Origin: Callorhinchus milii
Lineage: Eukaryota
DNA length: 64,000 nt
Assembly (NCBI RefSeq): GCF_018977255.1
Contig: NW_024704743.1
Coordinates: 83,454,001-83,518,000, forward strand
Direction of reading: 5' to 3'
Shown here one piece after another: positions 1-13,503 of the stretch (the first letter of the stretch is position 1; each line of letters opens with the position of its first letter). The position numbers and the translations under genes are program-made. Below the pieces are notes generated by a model that saw only the letters and a list, made by a program, of their open reading frames with translations, was not told the origin of the DNA and searched no databases.

Positions 1-281
1 TCAAAGATTGAGCATATTATGCTTGACTTTTTGTTAAAAACATTATTTTTACAGACTTTCCTTGGTCGCACATTAAAACAATAATAAAGGCCTGCATTAA
101 AACAACAGTAAAGACCTCTGCTTAAAGTATTTGAAGCAATGTCCTGGATCGAGTGCTCATCACATCCATTAACTGGACCTCATCAAAAGCCTGAATCTGC
201 AAGTATGTGCACCCAGCTAATAATAAAGCCATCACCTTTGAACTGTGCATTGGTTGAACCTACGCACGCTTACTGAACTAT

Positions 282-607
282 TGTGGAGTCCTGTAGCTCA
301 GTGGTTAGAGCACTCGCTTTGCAAGTGAGAGACCTGAGTTCAATTCCAGGCAGAGGGCGAAACCTTGGGCAAGTTTCCTTACTCCACACGCCTAATAATA
401 ATCCCTCCAAAAACCCCAAAACAATAATAAATTGGTCATTTTTAATCTACGACTGTTTGTGGGACATTGCTGTGCGCAATTAGCTGCTGCGTTCGCCCAC
501 AAATATACAGTCAATTCACTTTACAGTATATACTGTGAAGCGCTTTGGGACGTCCTCCTGACGTGAAAAGCGCTATATCAAATGCAAGGATTATTATTAT
601 TATTATT
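282..607 (+). mobile_element. Full-length young tRNA-derived SINE (tRNA-Ala-like head, CORE-like motif, Deu-type 3' body, L2-type tail)
   Basis: Box A-like TAGCTCAGTGG, anticodon-like arm CTCGC-TTTGCAA-GTGAG, box B GTTCAATTCC, then CCTTGGGCAAG, TGTTTGTGGGACATTGCTGTGCGCAATT, tail GCGCTTTGGGACGTCC...GCGCTATATCAAATGCAAGG(ATT)n. Close copies at 17747, 30351, 54932 and 61034. Confidence 0.92.
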
Positions 608-834
608 TGTAAACGATATCAAGAAAGAAAAGGCAAGAGAATCTCTAAAATAAATGCTGCTCTAAGTGACTTACAGGCAGATTTATTGTGATAATTCACC
701 CACATCTGATGACTTGAGAGTTTTCAGCACCGATCTTTTTTTGAACAGGTACAAATCCAAATGATTAAAAAAAACTTCATTTTGAAATGAAACCTTAGTT
801 TAGTAGATTGGAGTTGAAATAACAGCTCACTCAC

Positions 835-838
835 CTGC
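835..838 (-). other. Candidate 4-nt microexon (GCAG) or recursive splice point
   Basis: Minus strand reads atcccatttatttctcttccag|GCAG|gtgagt: polypyrimidine tract and CAG acceptor directly followed by a consensus CAG|GTGAGT donor. Motif evidence only. Confidence 0.3.
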
Positions 839-1934
839 CTGGAAGAGAAATAAATGGGATGTAACAAGTACAGATTTATTATTACTTAGCCCTGGGACAA
901 TTACATCAGATCTGCATTATTCATCGGAGGCTATACTGCCTAGGACATAAATCGAGACAAAATCATAACAACATAGATCTGTTCAGTTACAATGTCTCTA
1001 TGTAAAGAGCTTGATAGATCGGCTACACCGTGACTGGAGATAGCATCAATTCAATCTGTTGTAAAGTTGCTCTGTGTAATTGTGGATGGAATGTCAGGGA
1101 AACCAATGCCTTCTAGCACTACTTGGCACAGGAACATTTCCCACATTATCTTTTCCTTTGGTAGAAACAACGCAACTTAACAGAAATTTAAATCGACTCT
1201 CTGTATTACTTTTAGCAACAATAAACCAACCCTTGAGAGCTCTGATGATATCAATTTGCGTTGATAGCTGCACTGTCAGCAATGTATCATAAAGTATATA
1301 AAAGAATAACTGTAAACACCTATTAAAAATACATAATCCACACTAGATTGGCTGCTAAAGAGGGAATTGCATTGTCAGTCTCTCTTAAAAATCAAAAGAA
1401 TCATTATTATGATCTTGGCATTATGTGCCCACTTGCATTGTTTCATTACAATTTTCTTTAAGCTGTGAATACTGATGAAATCTGTGTTATTGAATCCCGA
1501 GAATGTGAGGACACTGAGTGATCATCAGCAAGGACAAATTTACAGACCTTCACATTGTGTTAAAAGAATGAAAGAAAGTCGAAACAATTAAACTCCCTTG
1601 CTTTCAAATATTTTTCAAAAGAGTAAAGAAATACAATGGTTATACCTGGTTCGATCTCATTATGCAACAAATGTTAGCTAAACAATATGCAGTGGGAGCC
1701 CCATTGTTGTTGGGAATCCATAAAATTCCAACCCGTATCATAACCGCATGATTGCCCATCAGCGCTTCTGCATTCACTGTATGTTATGTAACTTATACCT
1801 AAATTAGAGGGTATTATTCTGCAACTGAAGCATCCCTGACACCCATGGGTTCTCTAAATAAAGCATTGTAAAACTCAAAACTCTTTTTATTCTTGGATTG
1901 TCCCTGTCCAATATTTAGGAATAAAAATAAATAC

Positions 1935-2095
1935 TACAACATCAACAATAAATTATTTTGTATATCGCCTTTCACTTCAGGAGGAAGTCCCTGGGCTCTG
2001 GACAATCAGTGATTTGGAGCAGAGCTGGGTATTGGGATCAGGAGGGGTGGAGGGCAGGGAGGGTAGGGGTAGGAGGGTGACTTAAGGCGACAGGA
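1935..2095 (-). mobile_element. Old L2 3'-end fragment
   Basis: (CAA)n-like tail then GCCTTTCACTTCAGGAGGAAGTCCC, matching the L2 tail at 38700 and 60260. Confidence 0.65.
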
Positions 2096-2379
2096 ATTAA
2101 ACATTTGGTAGAAATGTAGTGCAGGAAAAATGTGCAATCGCAAATTCCTCACGTCACTAAGTGTGCACATTAGTAACATGCACTATTAGGGCCGATCATA
2201 TCATGTTAGTGTCAGAGCCACTAAGCTTAGCCATGTGAGGAAATTTTCTCCCAGAATTTCACCTAATCTTGCCCTATCAGACCATTTCAACTTAATTTTT
2301 GAGCCAATTTCTTTTTAACAACTGCATAAAACCACCTGCCAAATTAAGACAATTCTGGGCAATCACAACGACTTGGATG

Positions 2380-2650
2380 AAGAATGCTCTTCGGCCCATC
2401 TGATCTCATCCTTCCAGAACACCCACCTTACCATCCTCCCATCACACCATCAAGCTGCTTTTTTAAATGAGCCCAGGATCCTCACGACAAGCTGTTTCAA
2501 TCGTGAATTATTCTCTGGGTGAAGGAAACCTTCCTGATACCTGAAATTGTCCTTTGCCCTTGTTCCATTGTCTTGGTGTATCCAAAGTATTGATCTGGGT
2601 TTACTTTTTCTATCCCATTTGAACTTTTATACACCTCTATAAGTCATCAA
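2380..2650 (-). mobile_element. Degenerate CR1-like 3' fragment
   Basis: TTCGGCCCATC, GGGTGAAGGAAACCTTCCTGA and TTTATACACCTCTATAAGTCA are typical reverse-strand CR1 ORF2-end/3'UTR motifs. Confidence 0.45.
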
Positions 2651-3445
2651 GATTCAGGAACCGTAGCTTGTCTAATCACTGCTCAAGATTGAAGAGCTCT
2701 AGCATTTCTTACTGTGCGATCCTAAAATGATGTGGAATTTTGAGCCTTAGATATCCAACAAACTTTGCAAAGATGATGCTCTACATCATAAATGTGCTTG
2801 TGACACCACTTGCTGAGCATCAATACTTTGCCAATCTCAATATCTGATTATATTCATAGACTGTCTAATTTAGACAGGCCAAATGTTTTCTATAGTGACT
2901 AACTAGAATGTTAACTATCAATTTATTAGTGGACATATAGCTAAACCTGACACTGCCCAAGGGACAACAGTTGATGTCTTATAGCTCCCAAACTATCGCC
3001 GACAATGTTTCTTTACACCTCTTGGTTACAAAAATGGGAGTAATTTTACTCATTTTAAAATTCCAGAGTTCAAATGCTGTCAAAAAGACAAGCTGATAGT
3101 GATTTTTTCCAAAACTGTCCATATGTATTTAATTCAGTCATAACATATTATTCAGTTGTAACAGATCGTTAGTGGCTTCATGATTGTTAGTGGGACACTG
3201 CTGTGTGCAAAATTGGCTGCTGTGTGCACCTACAAAATACAGTCACTACATTTGTGAAGTGCTCTGAGATGTCATCCCAATGTGAAAGGCACTATATCAA
3301 AATGCAAGGATTCGTATTATTATAGTATCACAGGCAATTGGATGGCTTTGCACTTTGGTATGTTGTCTTCCTTTTAACATGAGGACATCTGTCTTGTCTA
3401 TCTTGTTTTAATCATTAGCTCACAGTGGAGCTTGGTCATGTTTAC

Positions 3446-3499
3446 CTGAGTGCTTCTTTTGTCATTGTGCGTTTCCAGCAGAAATCACTTCCTGTGGAA
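3446..3499 (-). other. Candidate 54-nt exon (alternative acceptor gives 46 nt, 3446-3491)
   Basis: Minus strand ggtccctcttcag|TTCCACAG/GAAGTG...ACAATGACAAAAGAAGCACTCAG|gtaaac. One open frame (STGSDFCWKRTMTKEALR) containing an ATG with A at -3. Confidence 0.35.
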
Positions 3500-3664
3500 C
3501 TGAAGAGGGACCAATTCACTTATGAACAAAAACAGACTGCTAACTTTCAAAGGTCAGAGTTCAACATTTTTGAGCAAGTTTTTGCAGTCATCAGCACAAT
3601 TGCCGACAGACGTTTATAATGTAAATATCCAGACTTAACCTCGCACAGTCAAAAAGACAGAACA

Positions 3665-4665
3665 TTTACTAGGACGATACCAGTGATGAGTGGTTTGACC
3701 TATGAGCGGAGACTGGAGGTACAATGAAGGTTAAGAGGTGAGCTGATGGAAGTATTTAAAATTATGAGGGTTTTGAAAGAGCCAATAGGGAGAAATTATT
3801 TCCACTGGTCAGTGAGTTGGTAACCAGAGGTCATCAATTTAAGATACTTGGTAAACAAACAAATGGGGGATGTTAGAAATAAAAATTTCACGTACAGAGT
3901 AGTTAGGATATGAAATGCCATTGGAGTGGTGTTTGAGGCAGCAAGAGGAAACTAGATAAATACGCTTGTATCTTTAAACCCGGCACCTCCCTCCACAAGC
4001 TGCAGGTCATTCAGAACTCTGCAGCTCGTGTACTGTCCTGCACCAGGCTTCGCGACCACATCACTCCCACCCTCGCTCGCCTCCACTGGCTCCCCATCCC
4101 CCAGAGGATCGAATTCAAGATCCTCACCCTCACCTTCAAGGCCATTCACGGCCTTGCTCCCTCCTACCTCTCCGACCTACTATCCCCCTACCTACCTGCC
4201 CGTACCCTCCATTCCTCTGGCTCCGGTCTGCTCCACATCCCCCGCCCCAACCGCCCTACCATCGGTGGTCGGGCCTTCAGCCTCTCAGCCCCCAGGCTCT
4301 GGAACTCCATCCCCCAGTGCCTTCGCCGCCTCCTCCCTTTCCTCCTTCAAGGCCGGTCTCAAGACCTTTCTCTTTGACCGTGCCTTCAGCTCCCCTCTCG
4401 ACTCTCTACCCCCTCCTCGCTCCCTCCCTTCCCTCCCCCCACCCTGACCATTTCCCCCCTGCTCGGGTCCTGACCCATCTGTCCAGTGCCTTGGGACGTT
4501 CTCCCGACGTGAAAGATGCTCTATAAATGGAATCTTGTTGTTGTTGTAAACAAGTCAGCTAAAGGGACTCGGGGAAAGGGGGTGTAAATATGACTGAAAG
4601 ATTTGATCTTGATGGAGTTGTCACCGTCATGATGGCCTTCCTCCAATAAATTTCTATGGTTCTAT
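3665..4665 (+). mobile_element. CR1 LINE 3' fragment interrupted by a young L2
   Basis: 3665-3979 and 4547-4665 are collinear with the CR1 at about 19160-19631 (e.g. TAGGGAGAAATTATTTCCACTGGTCA) and end in TTTCTATGGTTCTA. Confidence 0.85.
3980..4546 (+). mobile_element. Young 5'-truncated L2 LINE (ORF2 C-terminus and 3'UTR)
   Basis: Encodes LHKLQVIQNSAAR...LHWLPIPQRIEFKIL...TIGGRAFS; (TTG)n tail; flanked by TAAAC at 3975-3979 and 4547-4551. Confidence 0.93.
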
Positions 4666-7600
4666 TGTTTACCGACAACCTAAGAACCACGGCCATACAT
4701 CTTGATATCTATAGAGTGTGCTCCCTGCCTATTGAGCGCATTTTATTTCCTACAGTCAGCAAGTCCATTAATTTAAACCATACATGATTATGAACACAGA
4801 ATGACTTCTAGGAGTTATAGTGAAGGTGCCTGTGGCTCTTTGGCTCCTAAGGATGGACCGGAGATTGGTGTCAACAAGTTTACTTATTGCCTGTGTTTTA
4901 ATGTGACCATCATCGTTCCCCTTTAGGCTACATCCAAAGGTGAGTGTAAGTCCTAATCATCTCCTACAAGTGGTTACGGCCAAGGTTTGATACATGACCT
5001 AAGCACAACAGCTCCTATATTCAGTTTCATCTGTGGTTTGGATGAAGTCCTGCTGGTAAATTAGGATTAATTGAAAGAAATGCTCTTGGATATTGCTGAA
5101 CCAATAATTATTAAGAGATGTCTGATTCATGGGAAGCGAAAGTCAGAGAATTGGCTGCAGAGAGTGACAGGTCTAAACTATTACCACATGGTTATCATTG
5201 ATGTAAGAATTTTAATAGAGAACAGAAGTGCTGTCTATATGACAAAGGGGAGCTAATTTGCGATATTTACCAGAGTTGAGAAGAAGTAAATGTAGTTTTT
5301 GAAAGCCACTGAAGTCCACAAAAATAGCCAGAAAGCAAAACAAAATCTCTTCTCGTCGCTTGTTTGCTCTCAAGCTTTATCTTCCCACATTTTGGTTTTC
5401 ATCAATTGCTAAAATCCTAATCCAAACTTTCTCATCCACCAAAGAAGTTTAAATGAATATTTACCATCTATTTTGCAAAGTCCCCCAGAATAGATGTAAA
5501 ATTCAGATTTGATTTCCAGGGAAAAAAATATTCATGCGCTCCGGAACACTTCCCTGCGTGACGGGGACTATATAAATGCAAGTTGTTATTGATGCTATTT
5601 TTAAATTCTCTTTACTGCATTAGCCCAACCAATAATAATAATCCTTGCATTTGATACAGCGATTTTGATGTCAAGAGGTTGTGTCAAAGAGTTTACTGTA
5701 TTTTACTCCAAATTGCAGTGCAGTGGGATTGTTGAATGTGTGTCTGGTCGAACAATAAACTAATACTGAAAGTCTCAACCAACTCAAACCAACTCAAATC
5801 AGTGTTGTACTTTCCGTCTCATTCCTTCTGTAATTATTGTGAATTTACAACAACAACAAATTACGTTTGTATAGTGTCTTTCACATTGGTATGATGCCCC
5901 AATTTACCACAGCATATTAACATATCCATTTAGCCTGCGCAGATACAACTATCTTTCTTTCCCACAAATCCCCCCCCCCCCCCATACTGAGGGCATAAAT
6001 GTTAATTATCCTCTGGTTCCTAAACCCAAGTAGCTAAAATTCATGTATGAACATTGACTGTCCACCGGTTACTTGATGATAAAAGGTATTGCCCGTGAAT
6101 AAACCCCGTCCAAATCACATACACTTTCTAGTAGGGATCACTGGGCAGCAATCATGAACCCCGGCAGATTTGTGTCCTTGATTTTCTCCACACACCTGAA
6201 TATTTCCCAAGTGATAATTAGATAATCCTTGGATTTGATTTAATGCCTTAATATGTCATTGAGATATCACAAAGCACTTCACGGAATATATTGTAAAGTG
6301 GATTGACTGCATTTTGGGGACAAAATTTCCCTAGTACCATCTGGCTACTTTTTACCCATCCCAATCAACTCTGCATCCACAGTCTTCTGCGGCAGTGAAT
6401 TCTGCATTATCACAACCCTTTGTGGGAATCCCCCTGCCCCTCTATTTCACTTCTAACCAATTTAACTCTCATTTTCAGATTATGTCCCCTTTTTATAGAT
6501 GAAATACACAGTCACTACACTTGAGAGCAATGACTTGTGAAGCACTTGGACTCTCTGAGAGGTTACCGGGAATGTATCAATTGAAAGAATTATGACATTA
6601 TTATAAGGGCTTAACAGCAAACCAGATCATGTGGTAGAATTATACAGTTTAAAATTATGGAACCTCAAGGAGAAGCTTGAAGCCATCCCCAATGGGTTCT
6701 GGGTGCTTAATAGTTTACATTTATAAAACCTCATTTAAAAAAAATGGAAAATATTGCATTTATTTATTTAGAAAAAAGTTGGCAGGGATAGATGATAAAT
6801 ACTGCATAACAGTTCGATTTTTATCCCATGATTTTTCGAGTGGTTTTGTCACTCGATTTGAAAAGTGATAAATTTGTATCCTCACTCCACAGAGAAAACC
6901 TTTTTAGTATTCGCTCTAATATGGCAGTACACCATTCCAGTATTTATAAATTAACCTTCTGAAAGTCTAATTTATAGATATATGTATATAACAGTACTCA
7001 TTTTTGCCAGATCATAAAATAATCCTTGCATTTGATATAGGCCCTTAACACATCATTGAAATATCTCAAAAAGCTTCACACGATTTACTGTGAAGTGCAG
7101 TGAATGTACACTTGTTATTTGTAGGTGAATGAAAGTGTATTTGTATCTCAATGTGACAAGGCAAGATGGGATATTTTCAACTACAGATGCCTGGAACTAA
7201 GCTTCACTGGTTTGATCCCTGTTCTGTGCTTAGTGAGGCCAGGAAAGGGTTCAGTTACTCAGCCACTGTGGTCAAATACTGACATCCTCTATCAAGGTAG
7301 GCATGTTAAGAATAGCCCTCTTCAGTGAGATGGGAGGAAATTAGAGAATTGCCACGAATGGATACCTCGCCAGATCTTGAGAGGTAAAAGTGTATGGGGG
7401 TAAAGTGTATTGTTGTTACTTGAATTTTATGTCTATACTGTTAAGACTTAGTGGTAGAGCGTAAAGAGAATAATCTAATAGGTTCTGCAGTGAGTTGGTC
7501 TGGTTTAGATATTTGAGAGAGAATACAGCAGCACCTTCTGTGAAATTGTCCCATGTGGCTCATTTCATTTACCTCAAACCCCAAAGGTTACCATCCTTTA

Positions 7601-10358
7601 GCCTGACTGGTTTCTTTGTAATTGATTTAGTGTTCGTGTGCAAGGTTGTTATGACTGCAGAAATTGCTGTCTCTAAGTTTGAAGAGGAACTTATTATGTT
7701 TTGTCAGTTTGGACAACAGACTTGAGGGAAAAGACTATGTGAAAAGGCACTATATCAAATGCAAGTATTATGATTATTATTATTATAAGAGAAGTGACCA
7801 AGATCTGTAGAAAGATACCTTGTAGAAGTATAAATAAGTCTCTAAGGAGAAAAGGAGAGAAAATTGGGGACTATAGGAGGTTCTGGGTGTCTGCTTCTTC
7901 AGAACTAAGTATAGTTATCAGCATTTCCTGTTTTATTTATTTTTCCCCCTTTGTGTTGATGGTCGTTCTGTGATGCATCTCGCTGCTGAGGACTGAAAGT
8001 GAAATTCAAGAGCAACTCCAGGCAAGATTCCAAACACCAAGATATAAATTCTACTTAGTATCATTCATTTTCAAAAGTTCAATGAGTTCTCGGGCTTGTT
8101 GGCTGGCCGAACATGCTAGAAAGCTCACAGTTGTTTATCTTTCTTAGCTCGCACACAGCCACAAAGCCCATCATCACAAGGTGGCTGATCGTTTGATTTG
8201 AATTACAAATATTAAAAATCTTCAGCGTAACTTTCATTCAGAGATTTTAAAAAATGTAACTTCATATTTGGAGCAGAGGTTGGGTTTCAATATTTTTCCG
8301 AAAAAAAGTAATTTTGGGAAAACAATTTTAAAAAATTCCCAGAATATTATTGCACCCATTTAGATGAGTGGATAGAATTCTCTTAGTCTTCGTTTGTAGG
8401 CGGGAGTTACTTGAATTTATAACCTATTTCAAATCATTACCTATTTTTTACCATGCAAACATTTTCTATTCGGCGTCAGTCGTAGTTCCAAAAGCAGCTG
8501 GAATCTAGCTCTTCCAACCTGTTCCAAAGTCTCACATGGTTTTCCAAAGAATTTCCACGGAATGACAAAACAGCAAACAGAAAACCAAAGGCATTGTGTG
8601 GCACGCCATTAGTTATTAAGTATTTACTTTCATTGGCAAAGCAGCCGTTCTTTATATAACAGTGCAGGTAATTTCTTTGGAAAGCCTAACAATGCAGCTG
8701 TTAAAGGTAGTAGCACATACAGTATATGGCCCTTGTTTTTCTTTTAAATAATTTATATTTACATTGCCAGAAGGCCAAAAAGGGGAAACTGACTCTAAAT
8801 TTATTTTTAAAAAGTCAATTTTATTTGCATATTCTCTCCTCAGTTAAAAAAACACTTGTTTTCTCCATTAAGAAAGACTAAGAGCTTTGTCATAATTTAT
8901 GTTCCTTGACTTCATAAGTCATAAGTGTAACAATTTGGAAACTCAGAACTTGCACTAAAGTCTCCAGTCTCAACTCAGCACTGTACTCCCTTTTATTTGT
9001 TAACATGATCTCCTCTTCCTCGCAGAATGTTTTGACTCCCTAAGGTTGCCCTTTGTCCACTTTTTCCATTCCATTCCCGCTTAACGGGTGTGACGAAGAT
9101 GTACAGCTGTAAAACTCTATGTATACAAGCAATATCAGAGTTGACATTCCGCTTATAGAATTCTTCTCCTCTGGTTTGCATTGGTTTTTGAGCACTGCTC
9201 AGTCAGCTGTCAGAACAGCTATTTTATTAATCACTCCAAGCTACAGACTCAAAGCACAATGAAGAAATAGCAATGACAACACAGAGAAACTGTAAGATTC
9301 CCTTCCTTTATCTGCTGCTCAAACGTCTAAAGTCAAGACCTTTCGATCTATCAGCGAGTGAGTGCATTGCTGCGTGTTGGTAAGCCCCCAAGGGTCACCT
9401 CTACACATGGTTAAACTGCTGAGATGTGAAAACAATTCTGACTAAACATTATCTTCTAGCAAGGACAACCTGTGAAATGTTATTAAGATCTAGCTGACAC
9501 AAACCATATAAAGAAGATATGATGCACAATACTGCAGTTAAAACAAAAAGAGAAATTGAATTCCGATTTACTGGGGCATTTACTGATATTTGAATGGATG
9601 GCAATCTAGGATAAATGAAGGGCAATGGACATCATACAATGCAATTTATAATATGCATCAGGAGGCCATCTCATAGAGCTTGACGATGCTGGATGGGCAC
9701 CCAAGCTGAAGGTGGAAGCCGAACTGGGGTAGGGTATTGCCCAAAGTCATATGTAGAAAGCCTTCAATAGAGACACAAGGTAACCAACCCTGGAATCATA
9801 GAATACTCTAACAAGCATCAATTTACAAAGATCATCCTACAAATTAAAAATGCTGTAGGAGCAAGACAAAATTATACTTAAATCTGTGCTGTTTTAAGTG
9901 CAAAGTTGCAATACACTCAAATTACACCCATATCTATTACCACTCACAAAATACCAAAAGGTGCACATTTATACATGTTTAGACTGAGTACATACAGAGT
10001 ACATACCAAAACAAGGTAGATTAACCTTTCACTACAGTAACAACTTGCATTTAAATAGTGCCCTTCACAGAGAATGGAGTGATTAATAATAGTCTGGAAG
10101 AGCTGTACAGTGGTGGGGTTGGCCACAGAGCGAGGAAGAGGGGGGAGGGGGAGATGACCATAGGCGCGATCGAAGAGTTGAGTGCTAAAATGGAATTTAA
10201 AGATAGATATGGAGTGGGGCGGTCAAAAGTTCTACCGCTCATCTTGTGATCAGTGTGGTTGAATGCTTCATGTTGACTGATGTGAGAGACAAGCATAACT
10301 GCACGATAACCTTGCCAAAAATTGCACCAATTTGCAGCTTGCCTCTTTCACCACTTAC

Positions 10359-10424
10359 CCTGCTTATTGTCTGCAGTCTAAGTGTAACCAATGAGAAGCC
10401 ACATTTTTAACTCTGCTGAACTAT
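10359..10424 (-). other. Candidate 66-nt non-coding exon
   Basis: ctgactttttcctgtcattacatgcttaaag| acceptor with CTGAC branch motif; AGG|GTAAGT donor; stops in all three frames. Confidence 0.25.
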
Positions 10425-10464
10425 CTTTAAGCATGTAATGACAGGAAAAAGTCAGTGCTTCATC

Positions 10465-11220
10465 TGAAGGCCTTGTGGGTAAAGTCACCGGTTGATGTAG
10501 AAGTAAGTCATACAGATTAGAAGGTCACAGGTTCCATTCCTTTGCTGATTTATTTAATGTCAGTCAGATAACAATTGGGATTGCAGCATTGATCTTGGAG
10601 ATGGATTGGGGAAAAAAATCAACCAGGGTTCTCAACAACAACAACAACTCAAGCAGAAGAATGAGGCTGACAATCATTGTGGTAGGGAGGTGCAAGAGCA
10701 TGAAGAGATTTGTAGGTGAGAGTGAGGATCTTGAAATCAATTTACTGGGAGAGAGGGAGTCAGTGGAGCCTGATGAGAATGTTTCATGTGGGTAAGAATG
10801 CAGACAATGGAGTTTTGGACGAGTTGGAGCCTGCGACTAGTGAGCTGAGGAGACCAGCGAGGAAGGCATTTAAGAAGTTGAGTCTGGAAGTGATAAATGT
10901 GAGAATAATGGTTTCAGCAGCGTGGGCATGAGATAGGGACAGAGATGGGTGATATGATGAATAAAAGTGGTCTTGGTTGGGGACCATATGTAAGGAAGGA
11001 AAGAGAGCTGTGGGTTGAACTGAACATCGAGGTTGCCCACTGATTCAGTGAGTTGGATCAGTAAGCTCCCTACTGTCCTTCACTGACTAAACGCTTACAT
11101 GACAATTGGACGAGATACTAATTGAATTGAAAACGAGATAATAATTGGTGCCTGTGGAACCATACTTCAGCAAACATCAGCAGCCTCTTGAGAAGAAGAT
11201 GGATGAAGAAGAAAACCAGA
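10465..11220 (+). mobile_element. Ancient SINE-like repeat, split by an L2 fragment at about 10634-11045
   Basis: AGAAGGTCACAGGTTCCATTCC, AAAATCAACCAGGGTTCTC and TGTGGAACCATAC match motifs in the same order at 49920-50240. Confidence 0.5.
10634..11045 (-). mobile_element. Old L2 fragment
   Basis: Minus-strand translation AAETIILTFITSRLNFLNAFLAGL resembles L2 ORF2 (AETLVHAFVTSRLDY at about 22840). Confidence 0.8.
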
Positions 11221-12954
11221 GCAACGTGCTCTGTTCATTTAGGTGCAATTATACAGATACCTGTTGTAATAGGCATTTATAATAATAATAATAATCCTTA
11301 CAATTATTATAGGGCCTTTCACATAGGAATCATAGGAAGATAGGAAGACATCTCAAAGAGCTTCACAGGATATACTGTAAAGTGTAGTACTGTCAAGTCT
11401 CTGGGACGCTACACTGTGTGAGGGGGGTTGTTGTTGTAATGGTTATGTAATGTGTAGGTGAGTGCGACAATCGAATTTTGTGCACAGCAGTGTCCCACAA
11501 GCAGCCATGAAATGAACGGCCAATTTTTGTTGACCAGTGGAAATGGAAGTGGAGAAGTGGAATTCTCCATGTTGTGCACCATCTGCTGGTGCATAAGATT
11601 TGGCACTTGACCATCACAAAGTTGATTGGTCTGTGTTTAGAAGGCTCAGAGTTAATTTCAAGCCTGCTTTGAGCATGTTTTTTCAAATGTTATTTTAGCT
11701 CAGGGTAACACTGCCCACATTGGATTTGTGAAGTACATTTGGCTCAGTGTCTTTTTCCCATGGTTTGAGTGAAACCTTTACAATTAGAAAAAAAGGCCTT
11801 GTTTAAGCAAACAAAAATGCATAACTGAAATAGAGTGAACAGATATAATCAAATGCATTCTTCTCCTGTCAGTACATTAATCTTCAGAATTTGCTGCAGC
11901 AAAATTCCACTTCACCACTTCCACTGTTCAACAACCTCCAATCCCCCCACCCGTAGCCAATAGCTACAATAGTTATTACAGCAACAGATTAATATTGCAC
12001 TAAGAGATTTCGAACACTATATTATGACAATAAGGTCTTTCAACTGATACATGGCTTAAACCATGTTGCAGTTTATAACAAGAAAAAGCATAAATTAATC
12101 CAGCATCTCTGTGGTTTAATGGAAAAATTGTAAGAGGTTTTCCATTTACCTCAACGCTACAAGATCCCCAGCATTTGTGAAATGATTTTCACAACTGCCT
12201 TAATTGTTATACTTCATGTGAAAAAAATGGTAACAGCTGTTATAAGAAAGCCTTGCACAACACATAACTATCTCATTTGCTTTACGTTTTTCTATTAGTA
12301 CCGTAAAAGTTATCTGCAGGACTCTGTGCAGTGTTGTTGGTTTAGTTTGTAACACTATTTCAGAAACTTACTTTTTTCACCACACAAGCAAAGTTATCAT
12401 TTAAAAAAAATAATGAACAGGTGATCTGTACAATGGGAAATGGGTTTAAACTGTATTTAAATGACTGCTTTAAATAAGGTTACCTTGTCCTTTCAAACAA
12501 AGACAATGTGGTTGAATCCTTTATTTGGTCGATAGATCCAGGAAAAAAAGCAATAAGTGCCTGTCTATGCATCCAGAGGGTTTATAATAGTCCTCAGTCA
12601 CTCCCCATTATGCTGCTACAGAGGTCTAAAACATCAGACCATAAATGAGCTGTCATTCAGTCTCTTGCTTGGTACACATTTCTAAGCCACCAAAACAATC
12701 CTACAAAAAGCACTGTAAAAAAAAGAAAATAATTGAGTTCTTACCATCAGTGCAGTGAATAATTTACTCACCATAAGCTGTATTCATTTATTTGAAATAC
12801 ACAGTTATTGCCAACTGTAAGACCCGTTGCCTTCAAAGTTAAGATAAATAATAAATATAATCCTTGCATTGATATAGATCCTTTCATGTTCGGGAGGACT
12901 TCTCAAAGTGTTTCACTGGAATTACTTTTAAGTGTACTTACTGTATATTTTGTA

Positions 12955-13105
12955 GAATTGTAGAAATTTCTTGAATTCATGCTTAATTTGGAAGCTTACT
13001 GTTTTAAAAAACTGTGGATATCAGATTTCAAATGAAGACTAAAAATTCTGAACAATCTTTAAATTTAAAAACAAAATGGTCTTACGGTCTAAGACATTTG
13101 GGCCT
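12955..13105 (+). mobile_element. Partial copy of the MITE at 33781-34013
   Basis: GAATTGTAGAAA...CTTAATTTGGAAGCT...AACTGTGGATATCAG...GTCTTACGGTCTAAGAC, collinear with 33846-34000. Confidence 0.6.
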
Positions 13106-13154
13106 GTTATGTTACATATCATGACAGAAACTGACGTGAAACTACGTTACTGGA

Positions 13155-13503
13155 ATAATAATTATAATAAAATAATCCTTCCATGTGATATAGCACCTTA
13201 TCACATTGTTAAAATGTCTCATAGCCCTTCACAGGATTTACAGTTTAGTGTATTTTGTAGGCCAATGTACACACAACAATGTCCCATAAACAACAAGGGA
13301 GTGAATGACCAATTGCAACTGGATCATTGCTGACCTGGACACCAGGAGAAACTCACTTGTATTTTCAATAGTGAATATTTAATGTCCACCTGAACATCTC
13401 ATTCAAAAGACAGCACTTCTAACAACGTAGTGCTTTCCCAAGCACTGTGAGGTTTTAACCCACAACCTTTTGACTCAGAGGTGAGAGTGCTAACAACTGA
13501 GCC
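13155..13503 (-). mobile_element. Deu-domain SINE, degenerate
   Basis: Reverse copy of head (GCACTCTCACCTCTGAGTCA), Deu body (GGTGGACATTAAA, TTTCTCCTGGTGTCC) and tail. Confidence 0.75.

Noticed and set aside
290..350. tRNA-Ala(TGC)-like sequence (also near 17755, 30360, 32190-32250, 54940)
   Set aside because: No proper acceptor stem, and always fused to the same body and tail: these are SINE heads, not tRNA genes.
2141..2246. Imperfect inverted repeat (AAATTCCTCAC...GTGAGGAAATTT)
   Set aside because: Short, mismatched arms and no second copy found; cannot be supported as a MITE or RNA hairpin.
8993..9181. 62-aa minus-strand ORF in non-repeat sequence
   Set aside because: No splice signals, recognisable homology or coding bias; the length is expected by chance.
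12484..12800. Minus-strand donors AAG|gtaacc, ATG|gtaaga and ATG|gtgagt
   Set aside because: No convincing polypyrimidine acceptor upstream; consistent with chance motifs.
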